A DNA stretch of 64,000 nt from Owenia fusiformis (taxonomy: Eukaryota), in NCBI GenBank assembly GCA_903813345.2, contig CAIIXF020000001.1, positions 49,910,001 to 49,974,000 on the forward strand. Reading direction: 5' to 3'. Position numbers and translations under genes: made by a program. The notes under the pieces are model-generated. The model had not been told where the DNA came from. It saw nothing but the letters and a program-made list of their open reading frames with translations, and did no database searches. Below, in pieces: positions 12,408-27,400 of this stretch (position 1 is its first letter; every line of letters begins with the position of its first letter).

Positions 12408-15400
12408 ATGGCTTCGTTAAATACATCACTGAAGTGCAAGGAATGTAAGATGATATTCTCCAACCCGAATCAGTTGTCCATTCATAAACAAAAATTCTGT
12501 GGAGGCCTGGCTGGATCAAGTCAGGTATGTATATTATAAATGCTACTCATGTGTTAATATTGTGTTCTGTAGAGTTGGAAAGTATAAGGGAGCTTTAACT
12601 TCTACTGGTTGATATTTGATAGATGGCCCCGGGAGTCCAGATTGAATATTGACCACCAGAAGTAAAAGCCTAAAATAAACAAAGGAAACTGACAGGTGAT
12701 ATGCATTGGCGTCGGAAGAGGAGGGCATTGGGGGGGGGGGGGGGGGCGACTGCCCCCCCTTTTTTCCCAGATTTATTTAGATTTGAAACCAAGCCTAGAA
12801 TTAAAAGCTCTAGAGCTAATTAAAGTGCTGCTCTTCATACAATTAGGTACATTTACATAAAATATGATATACTGAACTGAGCTTTACTGGTCAGTGTTCA
12901 ATTTTACAGGGTTCAAATTCATCACCTGAAAATACCTGGAACTCTAAAGTTAAAGATTTGGAGAAGCTTAAACAAGTCAGACAACAAAACCGCTCCCAGA
13001 GGGATCGTGAAGAGAGACAACTTCTCACAAACTTTAGAGAAACTCCTCCACCCCAGAAGTCACCAAAACAACCTAGTCAGGTGTTGTCAGTGAGACATTC
13101 ACCAGATACAAGACCGCAATCCCAGGTTAGTTGTATTCAGTGTAGATCAGTTTGGAAAATTTTATATTTTCTAATTTAAAGCCTCATCAAGTGTTTTTGG
13201 CTCACACAGTGAGCCTATGGGATTGACCAGGCGTCCGTCCGTCCGTCCGTCCGTCCGTTGGTCCGTCCGTTGGTCCGTCCGTCTGTCCGTCCGTCCGTCC
13301 GTCTGTCCGTCAACATTGGCCGCACAAATTAAAACTGCTATTCGGATTGAGTCATATCCACATTCATTTTATGCATAGTCATAATGCCTATTTGACCTAT
13401 CATCGCCATTTCCCAAGTTCGCCCGGTTTCCGAGAAATTGCGGATTTTGACGTCAAAAAGTCAAATTTTCTGTAAATACTAGACACTTTGTTGAAGTAGA
13501 ACTTTCAAATAACTTTTAGTAGTTGGTGTATATGCAACTTATGTCCTCTGAAGATTTCAAAGCTCTTGGAATTACGGTTTTTGGTGTTTACTCTATAAAA
13601 TTTGAAAAAAAGTAGGACTTAGTCATTTTCAGGAAACTTTCTCATGTATAAAGTCAATGGCAGGTTTTGTGATTGACAAGATTCTTAAAGTTTCCCTTAT
13701 ACTTGATCATTTCCTGCAATAAATTACATCATTAATAGATTCAAGCATTCCCTACATATTTCTCAATATATGTCAGCATCAAATTTTTACCGTTTTTGAG
13801 ATATTTGACGTCAAAAAACAGTAAAAATAAGTTATTTTTCAACTTGCTTCAATTTGACCAAATTTTTTTATGAAAATCATCTACAAGTTGCCAGGAGTTC
13901 AAATCTGACATTAGTTTTAGGATTTGACCTTTACTTGATCTTCAGTGACCTTCGAAAGGTCAAAAAGTTGATTTTTCAAATTGATTTTTGGATGTAAATT
14001 TAGGTCAGCTTAATCACAAAATACCTTACTGAGCTGTGAATAAGTAAAATTTTCAAGGTCAAAGGTCATCAAACTAGGTCACACAACTATGCTTTCTAAG
14101 TTTCTCAAAGTTCGAGACTACAAATCCAAATCAATATTTTTGTTTGAAAGTCAGGATATAAATTCCTCTGAAGGTTCCAAACTGTGTGAGCAGAGGACCG
14201 TGGGTCCTTCATTTTAGATCTTAAAGGTCCTTTGTAAAGTTTAAACCATTTTGGCTTTATAGTGTAGCCTTGCCCAATGTTATCAAAATGTCATGTGTTA
14301 GAATTTTGGTTTTAATAAGTTTGATGAAAAATGAAAATGTGTAATTGAGTGATGAAATGCCATAATAGCTAGTGAATTTTCAACTGAAGGGGATTACTAT
14401 ACAAATATTTTATTCCATTGAATAAAAATGGTGCATCTTTAACAAGCAATATTCCCTGAAAGCCTAGTCTGTATACTTATGCTTTATTGTTACTTGCAAT
14501 TGCAGCATGAGCTTACAAAGGAGAATACAAACAGCAGACAAGAGCAGGATAACCAAGCACAAATGATTCACAATAGAAAACTTGCAGATATACAGAACAT
14601 TGGGAAATCTTTGGAGCAAAGGAGAGAAGGTTGGTTTTTATTTGTAACAATGCTGTTTGTATGTTACCTTATTGTATTATATAGATATAGGATTTTATTA
14701 GTACTGATGCCCTTTTAGGGCCAAACGTACATCCGATATACAATTTTCAATAAGAGTAAATATAGCAATAAAGTAAAGAAAATAGGATTACATTCTTCAA
14801 ATGACATATATAAAATGTTACTTTGATATAAGAATCCTGTCTCTACCAATCATTAGATACTTTATCATGTCAGCAGATTCTTTTAATATGATCCCCTCAC
14901 TCGTCAATAGAAAAATTGTCTTTTGGTGATCATTCATGTTTTTAAAATTACTACACAGGTTTTCAAGTTTTTCAATATGGGATTTTCTGATAAACTCCAA
15001 TTTTTTACATTTGATTAAAAAGTTTGTTTCATCTTCTATAACCGAGTCCTTACATATTTTACAAAATCGACTATTAAGATCAGTAATTGGTTTTGTATAT
15101 CGGCCTCTCTCTATCTCTAGATTGTGGGTACTTATACATAATCTAGTTAAATGTTTAGCGTTTGAAAGTGTCGTTTCTGAAAGGTAGTGTTCAAACCCAA
15201 AGTGCGATTTTAGTTGTTTAAATAATCTAAGTTTCCCCCCATTCCCACTTATCAGATTCTTCCAATATACTTGATATCTCTCTATTAATTTCTTTTTGAC
15301 TTTAATAGCAAGCCTATTTGTGCTCTTCATCAGACATTTTTATTTTAATATGGCACAGTATATTTTTGAGTTGTTTGTGCCATGTAAATGTGTTATTTGT

Positions 15401-18400
15401 TTAAACAAATGTTTTACTCATAATTAATGAATCGTTTAGTAAACTCCCATTTGAACTCAACTCTAAATGACCGAAGTATTTGATTTGTCTTTTTATAATA
15501 TCAACTACATGTACCAAAGGTATTCTTCCCAATTCTCCTCTTACTACTTATTATGTTGATGGCAGAGATATTTGACAGCTCATAGATATATATATCTTCA
15601 CAGTGTGAGTGTACTCATAGATATAAATCATATTTTTTCAGGTCAAAACCATAGGATAATCCATAGGGTATTAAGAATATAGCAATAACCTCATTTCAAA
15701 GGGCCCAATCCAGGGCAAAGATTTCACAGTTTTGCCCATGGAAATGAAGTTATTAGTATTCACTTATCACAACCTATTGAAAACTAAGTACAAACTCATT
15801 ATCCACCCCAGACCAGGCGGCCAGGCTGGCAGTTGGTATTTAGCATCTGTAACAAATGCGAGGTGGTGACATTTTGCATGTTTTGTTGTCCTTTTTGTGA
15901 CAACACTATGTTTTTGCATCACATGTACCCAACTCTCTTCAGAACATATTAATGAAAGGCAATCAACATTTTTTCATTTTAATCTTTTTTAGACATACGT
16001 AGAAGGTTGGATGACCTTGCAAATGGGACTCCCCCACAACAAGACCGCTCTGTGAGGAATGGTGTTAAAGGTTTAATACAAGAACTTAGGGAGCAGGAAC
16101 TACGCAATCAAGAGTCCATTGAGGACTTAAAGAGACAGGTGTCTGGTTTAAACAAAGCAAGGTAGGTGATCTGATTTAAGGCTTCCATCAAGTCTCCTGA
16201 CCCATCTCTCTCCAATCTACTTCACTTTTTTTGTTCACATTTTGGGGTAGTTGAAGTGTTTAGGAGAGAGACATCACATTGGTTGAAGCAAGTCTATTTT
16301 GACTTATTTCAAGTTTTTTACCCCGCATTTGTTCTTTTTTTTTAAAAAAACTGTATTTTTTACTCGCAAATCTAGTACACATGAAGTCAACACTGGTGCC
16401 TTTGGGCAGAGTTTTTATACAATCGAAGGTGGTTTCCACAACCTGTCTTATTACTGGCATATATACATTTGTCAATTTTAACATGGTCTCTATGGTTAAT
16501 CTACCTGATATGGAAATCACAAAATCAAAAAATTTGAAATTTCTCATATGAAGATTTCGAATATATCATTTTGACTAAATATTACAACTTCTACATGTAG
16601 TCTATTGAATTACCATATCTTTTCACTTCTATTTGAAACAACCAATTTATTGGTTTTTATCCATACAGTAGCCCTCCTGTGACTATTGAAGATCTGCTTA
16701 GTCTAAAAGACAGAACTAACGACATACATGATACACTTCTCAACAAAAAAGTACAGAAAGTCTGGAACAAAACCAGAACACAAGAAGAGAGCAGAAACAC
16801 ACAAATTCAGTCTAAATGGAATCTCTGTAAATCAAAAATTGGTAAAAATACAGTGTTACATACACTGAGTGAGCATTTCTCGGAAGATAATGCAAAGGAA
16901 AGTGTTAACGAAGATATCAGACCTGACTCTGAGGCTTCTTCAAGAGAGAGTGATGTGACATTATCAAGATATGGTGTAAAATTGAGCCCAGAGAGTCCTT
17001 TTGAAAATGAGCCAAACTATACCCATACTGGTGTAGAAAATAGATGGAGATTGCCTCCAGTACAATCCATGAAACTGAAGCACACTGTAAATGCAACAGG
17101 GAGTGATGATGAGAAATCACTTGATAGTCTGATTTCTCTAATACAGCCAGAATATGATAACACAGCTAATGAAAGATATATGGTTGGTACAAAATACACT
17201 GTCAAACCAGTGGATAGCACAAGAAAATTACAGACCTACGGGGCATTCCCTAAAACCAATAGGGAATATGACAGTGTAGAAATGAAAAACGAAAGCCCTT
17301 TATATGATCTTCCACTTAACCACAGAAATTATCACAATTTAGAAACATATTCTGGAGCATATAAGATTGATGACTCGCACCAATTAACACCATATAAAAA
17401 CAGCTACAGAAAATGGATGGAAACATTGGACCAAAGGATAAATGATCAGCAAGAATTTATGATGCAAGAAGAATATATGTTACAGAGGAGGTATCATGAC
17501 TGTCACCAGGGTCAAAGGTACTCCATGTATTAGGAGAAATTATTTAGACATTACACTGTTATTTGTTGTTGTTTCTTGTTTATGATTAATCATTTTTTGA
17601 TGTTAAAGCCTCGCAGTCTCATTTGCTCTTTGGCAGCCACAACCCCACAAAATTGATATAGAAAATCTATATCACACTGCTTATCCCTATATTTATGCTA
17701 CATATTTCTCTTATTTCGGGAAGCTACACAGCTGTCGTAATTTCCGTAGATCAGATGTGACTGAGGCATTTAAGGAATTGTTGCATTATCATTAAGAATA
17801 TTTTATTTATTCATTGTTTGCATTACACTTTTATTCAAGTATATGGATTAATATGAGTGTTGTTCCAAATACTTATTAGCTCCTTTTCATTCATTATGGT
17901 ACAGTGCTGGCTTAAATCGTTCTTTGAAAAGGTGTTCCAAACAGAGAGGGTCCATTTTTGCAACAACCCAAAATCTTCATAAATAATTATATACCTGTAC
18001 AAAGACATGTATTTATTGTTTTGCAATATATTTGTGTTCTAGGAATATGTATTTTATTAATTATGGATATCTAAAACATAACACTGAATATCTTATGTAT
18101 TTGCAGGAATGATTACAGACACAGCAATAAGAATGCTTTAGCAGCAGAAATCAGGTGACAACATACCTTTTTTGTGAAGTAATAATATACAAGTAGTACT
18201 TCATTCTGTCGATGTGAATAACAGTGTTGCACAAGTAACATTCCAAAGCAAAACAGTTAAGGGGAGAATTTAACTTTGAAAAGTGACGCAGATTTCCAAA
18301 AATGTTAAAGCCTTAGTCCAATATTGCTTTCAGTAAATAATTAATGTATTTTATTTACATGAATTAACGATGCAAATAAAAACCATTACCTGTTAAAAGA

Positions 18401-21400
18401 GCTTTTCACAAAAGGTAGATCTTATAATATGACCTTCATATATATTATGTTTGTTGTAGTGCAATGAGATCAGCCTACCTGAGGGATGGTGGTAGCGACC
18501 CTGCTGTTTTGGCACAGATGGCTGAGTTAGAATATGAGGCCACTAAACTATTGGAGGATCAACCTCAAAGACAACCAGCTTGTGAGTATATCCTATATGA
18601 GGTTGAGAATATAGGGATTATCCTGAAGAAAATATATATGTACAAATGCAGCATATTCCAGTGGAATAAGGTGTTCCACTTAGACAGGTCTTACTGTATA
18701 TGTTTATCAGTGATTTCCTCTGGGGCTTCGCTTGGTTGAATATCTCAAAATTGAATTGCACCCTATCGAAAGTCTGCTTGGACCTGCTAAACTGGTGAAA
18801 TAATGAGATTTTTATTGCACCATTCAGAGGCTATGTTGTATTGAGTTTGCTTTTGGCATCCTGACTTGTTTTGTTTTACTTTAACAGGTTCAGTTAGGAT
18901 TTAGTACCCCTTTGAGAAAATTCCCAGAGAAATCACTACGTATGATAGGTGTATATGTAACGTATATGTATAACCTTTTTAATGTATATGCTTTTTATGA
19001 TCCTAGATGTCCAGCACCAAATTGCAGATGATATCAGTGCACAGATCCTTGCCCTAGAACTTGAGAATAAACGTCTACAGAAACACCTCATATCAATGCA
19101 GACACAAAATAGGAACAGAGGTATGTACCAGATATTCTGAGAACAAGTCTGGGGTTTGAAATGAAAGTAATATTTTGTAATGTTTTCCACAGGTTCTATG
19201 GCTTTTGTTTGAAAGTAGAAAAGGCCAAATGGGATTTTATATGAAACATCTTACAAAAATTGATCTGATAGTTTGAACAGCCATCTAGCTGAACACACTT
19301 TTTGGACAAAAAACTGATAATTTTAGCCTCTATTCAAGACTTTTACTGTCTTATTTCTTATTTTATAGACTTTACCGAGGACTTCCAAAGGCAACACATG
19401 AGGAAACTGATTCAGCTACAGCAGGAGATGGAGCAAGTGAAGCAGCAGATGAGCCTAGCTAACGTTCAGAGGAACATAGAGCAACTGAAGCAAACACCTC
19501 CAAATAAATTGGTATGTACATGTATGTCATATATGACTTTGGGAGACAACAATTTCATTTTTGATTGTTCAAATTGATATCAGCGGATAAAGGAGCTGTA
19601 ATTAAAGTTTAAGGAGCCAGTAATGCATTACAGTGTAAATGAATTGATATATCAGATCAATTTGATATCCAAGGAGGGAAGAGAATTTTTTCCTTATGAT
19701 TGTCATCACAATTGTTATTTCAACAGGAATCAAGTCAAAACCAGCCAACTGAAAGTCAAGCAGAAATCCCTGCTTTGCTCAGCAAGACTTCAAACAACAT
19801 GTATGACAATGATCTCCTTCCTGCCCCTTATGATCCACAGTAAGTAAAACATTATCATCATTATTTGAAAAATCTGTTTTGAAAAAAAATTTTGTTGTGG
19901 ATTTTCATGTTATTAGAGATGCATGAATCTTTGCAATAGCACTATACATCTCACTTAGTTTTCCCAGTTTGACCATCAGCTTCCAAGAAAAAGTATTTGA
20001 AGTGATGAAAATGTGGTACAAATATAGCAATTAAAAAAAATTGGGTGTGTGGCGCATCTCTATATTAGGAAATATATAGAAGTTCCATTGCATGTTATTT
20101 TCCCATGAACCTACTTTTGTGCTCTACAGTCTACTGTAACTATCATGCATCATTAAATAAAACTATAAATCAACCTAAACGTCATCATAGTTAGGTTGAG
20201 ATTCCAAAGTAGACCCCACCTCGAAGAATGAGATTTCATTTTTACCTTCAGAGCTGGCTTTGTGGTTTTCTATGACTATGTTTTACATCTGGAACCCAGT
20301 CTTCACACATCGCGACTTATCATTGGTCTATTTGATGAAACAGCAGAGATGGGAGAGCCATCTATACTCCCAAGTGTGTACTGTGAGATGAACCAGGATA
20401 GTTTATACCAGGATGCAACTAGCATGGCCCTTATAGCAGCCAAACAGCCTGTACCTAGGTATGGTATAATTCTGTTGGATATTCTCTCAAAACTCAATAT
20501 AAATGTGGCCAATGTGACATTGTATTTAATTCCCCGGTACAGTTTATTGGAATTGATGTACATGTATAAGACAGGGGCGTAGCCAGCTTTCAGTCAGGGA
20601 GGGGTCTATCGCCAAACAAATTTCGGTTTTACAGCCAGGGGGGTGCGATTGTGGCATAAACAAGCCAAAAATCAAGATTTATTTTGAATTTTAGGAAAAT
20701 TTGTGCAACTTCTTTCAAAATTGAGCTAGAAGCTTCAAATAAAAAGCATTTTAAAGCTCTTTTCCTCTTCTATATCATGGTTATATTTTTATTGGTTATG
20801 GGGGGGGGTGCGATCACAACCATAGCACACCCCCCCTGGCTACACCTATGTAAGATAACACCTTTCTGTTACAGTTGTAGTCCTTCTCAGACCCTCAGCA
20901 TGGTTATAGAACTACAGGCCTCTAACTCAGAGTCCAATAGATTGACTACACGGGCTTGGACCAAGATGGATCTATTTGATGAATACAATAGAGTGATCTC
21001 TGGAAGATGGAAGCTTCCATTGAGGGCAAATCCAATTAAACCTACGCTTCCAACTAGTCAACTTAATACTTTGGCACAGGTAAGTTACTAACAGATGGCT
21101 TTATTACTGAAACTTAATTGTAAGTCATTTTGTATCTACTGTACAATTTTTTAAGATTATGAGAACAAGAATGTCTTGCATACCAGTGTTGAATCAAGTA
21201 AGTGCTGCAATGTTGGATGTACTTGAGATAATGAAAATAGGTAGGCTCTCAGCCTTATGCCCACCTGAAGAATGAAATATTGGCTTACATGGCATAACTG
21301 TAAAATTGAGTTTACTGAGTTTACACTTAAGAAAATGGTGCTGTACATTTGTATGCTATGTACTTCCAGTATGGCCAGGCTGAGATTTACTTGCGTTTAG

Positions 21401-24400
21401 TCAACTATAGGGATGCTGACCATCAGTCCCAGTCAACAGCCTCCCCAGAGCATAGTCACATGTACCAGTTCCCTCCCCAGGTATTAATTCACATGCTTTT
21501 CTTAAGTGTGATCTTCATCAAGTTTTACTCTGAAATTTCTTTTGAATACATTGGATTAATTATGTCCCCACCAAGAAATGGTTACTTTGTAATAGCCATC
21601 ATTTTTGTGACGTGTTGGCATTTCACATTTGGTGTAACTTATGATTTCTCTTTTATAATTGCAATCAGGTGGTACTAGATATTTTGTGCTGTTAATGTCT
21701 TGTGTTTGTAAAATCAATGTTACCATGATGAAATCATTTAGATTGTATTGTAGATGTTGGGTATACCAAAGCAACTAAACCATTTTGATAAAAACAATCA
21801 CATGAAAATTCTAACATTTGGCTATCTGTGTCCAACAGAAATCAACAGCAAAGTATGTTTCAGCATCAATGCTAAAGAGAAATAAAATTCTTTGTTTCAG
21901 CGTCAAATTCCCGTGTACATTCCCCCGCCTCCCTCCATCTCTCCTCCCGAGTCCCCTGAAATAAGTCGTCATTCAAGCTCCCATGCATCTATCAATAGGT
22001 AATATATATGTCAAGATTTAGGGACAAAAATTAATGTCATTTTAAAGTAAAGCTTTTTTTCTTTACAATGACGAGTTGAGAAATTTAAAAAACATCCCAC
22101 TTACTGAACTTTTAAACTTTTAAGGCATGTATTTTCAAAAAGCTTTACATTGGCGATATTCCATTACATTCTTGGACTTTGATTATTTACGATTGAAAGT
22201 TGTGAACTTTTATATCAGGCATTTCAAATAGCTTTACATTGGCGATATTCCATTACATTCTTGGACTTTGATTATTTTACGATTGAAAGTTGTGAACTTT
22301 TATATCAGGCATTTCAAATAGCTTTACATTGGACATATTCCTTTACATTCTTGGACTTACAATATTTTACGATCTGAAGAGGTGAACTTTTGCAGCATGC
22401 ATTTTCAAAAAGCTTTACATTTGCGAAATTCCACTACATTCCTGGACTTAGAATATTTTGCGATTGGAAGTTGTGAACTTTTATAGCATGCATTTTCAAA
22501 AAGCTTTACATTTGCCATATTCCTTTACATTCTTGGACTTCGATTATTTTACGATCTATAGAGGTGAAATTTTATGGCATGCATTTTCAAAAAGCTTTAC
22601 ATTGGCCATTTTCCTTTACATTCTTGGACTTAGTGAACTTTTATGCAGGCATTTTCAAAAAGCTTAACATTGGCGAAATTCCGTTACATTCTTGGACTTA
22701 GATTATTTTGCGATTGAAATACTTGATAACTTTCAAGGCATGTATTTTCAAAAAGCTTTACATTGGCGAAATTCCATTACATTCTTGAACTTAGATTATT
22801 TTGCGATTGAAAGTTGTGAACTTTTATAGCATGCATTTTCAAAAAGCTTTACAATGGCCATTTTCCTTTACATTCTTGGACTTAGAATATTTTACGATCT
22901 ATAAAAGTGAAATTTTATGGCATGCATTTTCAAAAAGCTTTACATTGGCCATTTTCCATTACATTTTTGGACTTAGATTATTTTACGATCTACATGTATA
23001 GAAGTGAAATTTTATGGCATGCATTTTCAAAAAGCTTTACATTGGCCATTTTCCTTTACATTCTTGGACTTTGAATATTTCACGAAGCAAAGTTGTGAAC
23101 TTTTTATGCAGGCATTTTCAAAAAGCTTTACATTGGCGAAATTCCATTACATTTTGGACTTAGATTATTTTGCGATTGAAAGTTGTGAACTTTTATAGTA
23201 TGCATTTTCAAAAAGCTTTACATTGGCCATATTCCTTTACATTCTTGGACTTAGATTATTTTACGATTGAAAGTTGTGAACTTTTATAGCATGCATTTTC
23301 AAAAAGCTTTACAATGGCCATTTTCCTTTACATTCTTGGACTTAGAATATTTTACGATCTATAAAAGTGAAATTTTATGGCATGCATTTTCAAAAAGCTT
23401 TACATTGGCCATTTTCCATTACATTTTTGGACTTAGATTATTTTACGATCTACATGTATAGAAGTGAAATTTTATGGTATGCATTTTCAAAAAGCTTTAC
23501 ATTGGCCATTTTCCTTTACATTCTTGGACTTTGAATATTTCACGAAGCAAAGTTGTGAACTTTTTATGCAGGCATTTTCAAAAAGCTTTACATTGGCGAA
23601 ATTCCATTACATTCTTGGACTTAGATTATTTTGCGATTGAAAGTTGTGAACTTTTAAACATGCATTTTCAAAAAGCTTTACATTGGCCACATTCCTTTAC
23701 ATTCTTGGACTTAGATTATTTTACGATCTATAGAAGTGAAATTTCATGGCATGCATTTTCAAAAAGCTTTACATTGGCCATTTTCCTTTACATTCTTGGA
23801 CTTAGAATATTTTGCGATTGAAAGTTGTGAACTTTTATAGCATGCATTTTCAAAAACCTTTACATTGGCGATATTCCTTTACATTCTTGGACTTAGAATT
23901 ATTTTACGATATTTACTTGATAACTTTCAAGGCATGTATTTTCAAAAAGCGTTACATTGGCCATATTCCTTTACATTCCTGGACTTAGAATATTTCACAA
24001 AGCAAAGTTGTGACTTTTTTATGCAGGCATTTTCAAAAAGCTTTACATTGGCGAAATTCCATTACATTCTTGGACTTAGATTATTTTGCGATTGAAAGTT
24101 GTGAACTTTTATAGCATGCATTTTCAAAAAGCTTTACAATGGCCATTTTCCTTTACATTCTTGGACTTAAATTATTTGACGATCTATAGAAGTGAAATTT
24201 TATGGCATGCATTTTCAAAAAAGCTTTACATTGACCATTTTCCTTTACATTCATTGACTTAGAATATTTTACGATCTATAAAAGTGAAATTTTATGGCAC
24301 GCATTTTCAAAAAGCTTTACATTGGCCATTTTCCATTACATTTTTGGACTTAGATTATTTTACGATCTACATGTATAGAAGTGAAATTTTATGGCATGCA

Positions 24401-27400
24401 TTTTCAAAAAGCTTTACATTGGCCATTTTCCTTTACATTCTTGGACTTTGAATATTTCACGAAGCAAAGTTGTGAACTTTTTATGCAGGCATTTTCAAAA
24501 AGCTTTACATTGGCGAAATTCCATTACATTTTGGACTTAGATTATTTTGCGATTGAAAGTTGTGAACTTTTATAGTATGCATTTTCAAAAAGCTTTACAT
24601 TGGCCATATTCCTTTACATTCTTGGACTTAGATTATTTTACGATTGAAAGTTGTGAACTTTTATAGCATGCATTTTCAAAAAGCTTTACAATGGCCATTT
24701 TCCTTTACATTCTTGGACTAAGAATATTTTACGATCTACATGTATAGAAGTGAAATTTTATGGTATGCATTTTCAAAAAGCTTTACATTGGCCATTTTCC
24801 TTTACATTCTTGGACTTTGAATATTTCACGAAGCAAAGTTGTGAACTTTTTATGCAGGCATTTTCAAAAAGCTTTACATTGGCGAAATTCCATTACATTC
24901 TTGGACTTAGATTATTTTGCGATTGAAAGTTGTGAATTTTAAACATGCATTTTCAAAAAGCTTTACATTGGCCACATTCCTTTACATTCTTGGACTTAGA
25001 TTATTTTATGATCTATAGAAGTGAAATTTCATGGCATGCATTTTCAAAAAGCTTTACATTGGCCATTTTCCTTTACATTCTTGGACTTAGAATATTTTGC
25101 GATTGAAAGTTGTGAACTTTTATAGCATGCATTTTCAAAAACCTTTACATTGGCGATATTCCTTTACATTCTTGGACTTAGATTATTTTACGATTGAAAG
25201 TTGTGAACTTTTATAGCATGCATTTTCAAAAACCTTTACATTGGCGATATTCCTTTACATTCTTGGACTTAGAATATTTTGCGATTGAAAGTTGTGAACT
25301 TTTATAGCATGCATTTTCAAAAACCTTTACATTGGCCATTTTCCTTTACATTTTTGGACTTAGAATATTTTGCGATTGAAAGTTGTGAACTTTTATAGCA
25401 TGCATTTTCAAAAACCTTTACATTGGCGATATTCCTTTACATTCTTGGACTTAGATTATTTTACGATATTTACTTGATAACTTTCAAGGCATGCATTTTC
25501 AAAAAGCTTTACATTGGCCATTTTCCTTTACATTCTTGGACTTAGATTATTTTGCGATTGAAAGTTTTCAACTTTTATAGCATGCATTTTCAAAAACCAT
25601 TTACATTGGCCATTTTCCTTTACATTCTTGGACTTAGAATATTTCACAAAACAAAGTCATGAACTTTTTATGCAGGCATTTTCCAAAAGCTTTACATTGG
25701 CCATTTTCCTTTACATTCTTGGACATAGAATATTTTGCGATTGAAAGTTGTGAACTTTTATAGCATGCATTTTCAAAAACCTTTACATTGGCGATATTCC
25801 TTTACATTCTTGGACTTAGATTATTTTACGATATATACTTGATAACTTTCAAGGCATGTATTTTCAAAAAGCTTTACATTGGCCATATTCCTTTACATTC
25901 TTGGACTTAGAATATTTCACGAAACAAAGTCATGAACTTTTTATGCAGGCATTTTCAAAAAGCTTTACATTGGCCATATTCCTTTACATTCTTGGACTTA
26001 GAATATTTCACGAAACAAAGTCATGAACTTTTTATGCAGGCATTTTCCAAAAGCTTTACATTGGCCATTTTCCTTTACATTCTTGGACATAGATTATTTT
26101 ACAATCTACATGTATAGAAGTGAATTGAAAGTTGTGAACTTTTATAGTACATGTATGCATTTTCAAAACCTTTACATTCTTGGACTCGGATTATTTTACG
26201 ATGTAAACCATGACTTGTTCTTCCCCTTACGTACCTGCGTGTACTTCTGAGTTATTTGTAATTAACAATCAAATCAACAAATATTCACATATCATATTAG
26301 CAGATGTCTGGCGAAATTACATTACAATAAGATATTCTGATCGATAGAGTATTTGGTTATAAAACCGGAAGTGTTTTCTCTGAGGTCGGCGCGTCAAATT
26401 CCATATATGTATTCTACCTTCGGTATTAGTATTGGCCGGTACATCCTCCCGATTAATATCTATCATTGGGTGCTTTCAACACCATGTATTTCTAATGTTA
26501 TCGCAAAATAGTCCCTAAAATGAAGGAAATGTTTCAAAGTTAGAAATTTGATCGGCATTTTACCAAAAGAGCTTCTGCGCATGAGTTCTGCGCATGTCAA
26601 AAGCCCGTCAAACTTTCTCATTTCTTTTAACATTTCTCGCCATTTACACGACTTTCCCACCTGGAATCATACTCTATCATCAAATTAGAAATATAAGGCA
26701 TAACTTTAGATCGATTTTCAACCATCTCTTGTGAAAGTATTGAAGATGATCGGGGAAAACAATCCCCTCTATTCGAGGGGCTCTCTTGGGGATTTCTTCA
26801 ATCACTATCAATACTATTGTCTATGCAAGTTCATTTCTATATTTAGCGATCTTTACTGTATTCTGTCCAATGACATATGGTTTTTACAATTCTACATGTA
26901 CTGTACGTCATGAAAGAACAGAATCCAACAAATACCAAACCTAAAAGTCAAAATAAGTAGGCTAAAGGAAAGGTGACAGTAAAGCGTACGAAATACATGT
27001 ACAGCATTCTATGAGATCGTAAAATGAGCTAAGTCCAGGAATGTAAAAGAATTTGGCCAATGTAAACCTTTTTGAAAATACATAACATAATAGTTTACAA
27101 CTTTAAATCTTGAAATAATCTAAGTCCAAAAATGTAATGGAATATGGCCAATGTAAAGCTTTTTGAAAATGGATGCCATAAAATTTCACTTCTATTAAAA
27201 TATTCTACAGTATGTAAGTCCAAGAATGTAAAGGAAAATTGCCATTGTAAAGCTTTTTGAAAATGCCTGAATTAAAAGTTATCTACTTTACATCGTAAAA
27301 TAATCTAAGTCCAAGAATGTAATGGAATTTTGCCAATGTAAAGCTTTTTAAAAACGCCTGCATAAAAAGTTCACAACTTTGTTTCGTGAAATATTCTAAG

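Noticed and set aside
3113..12746. Poly-G runs (3113, ~6777, 12729) as functional G-quadruplexes
   Set aside because: Simple homopolymers, two of them inside MITE remnants; no evidence of function.
14818..15330. 170-aa ORF as a host gene
   Set aside because: Matches the C-terminal tail of a non-LTR ORF2, with decayed upstream sequence and a LINE-type 3' end.
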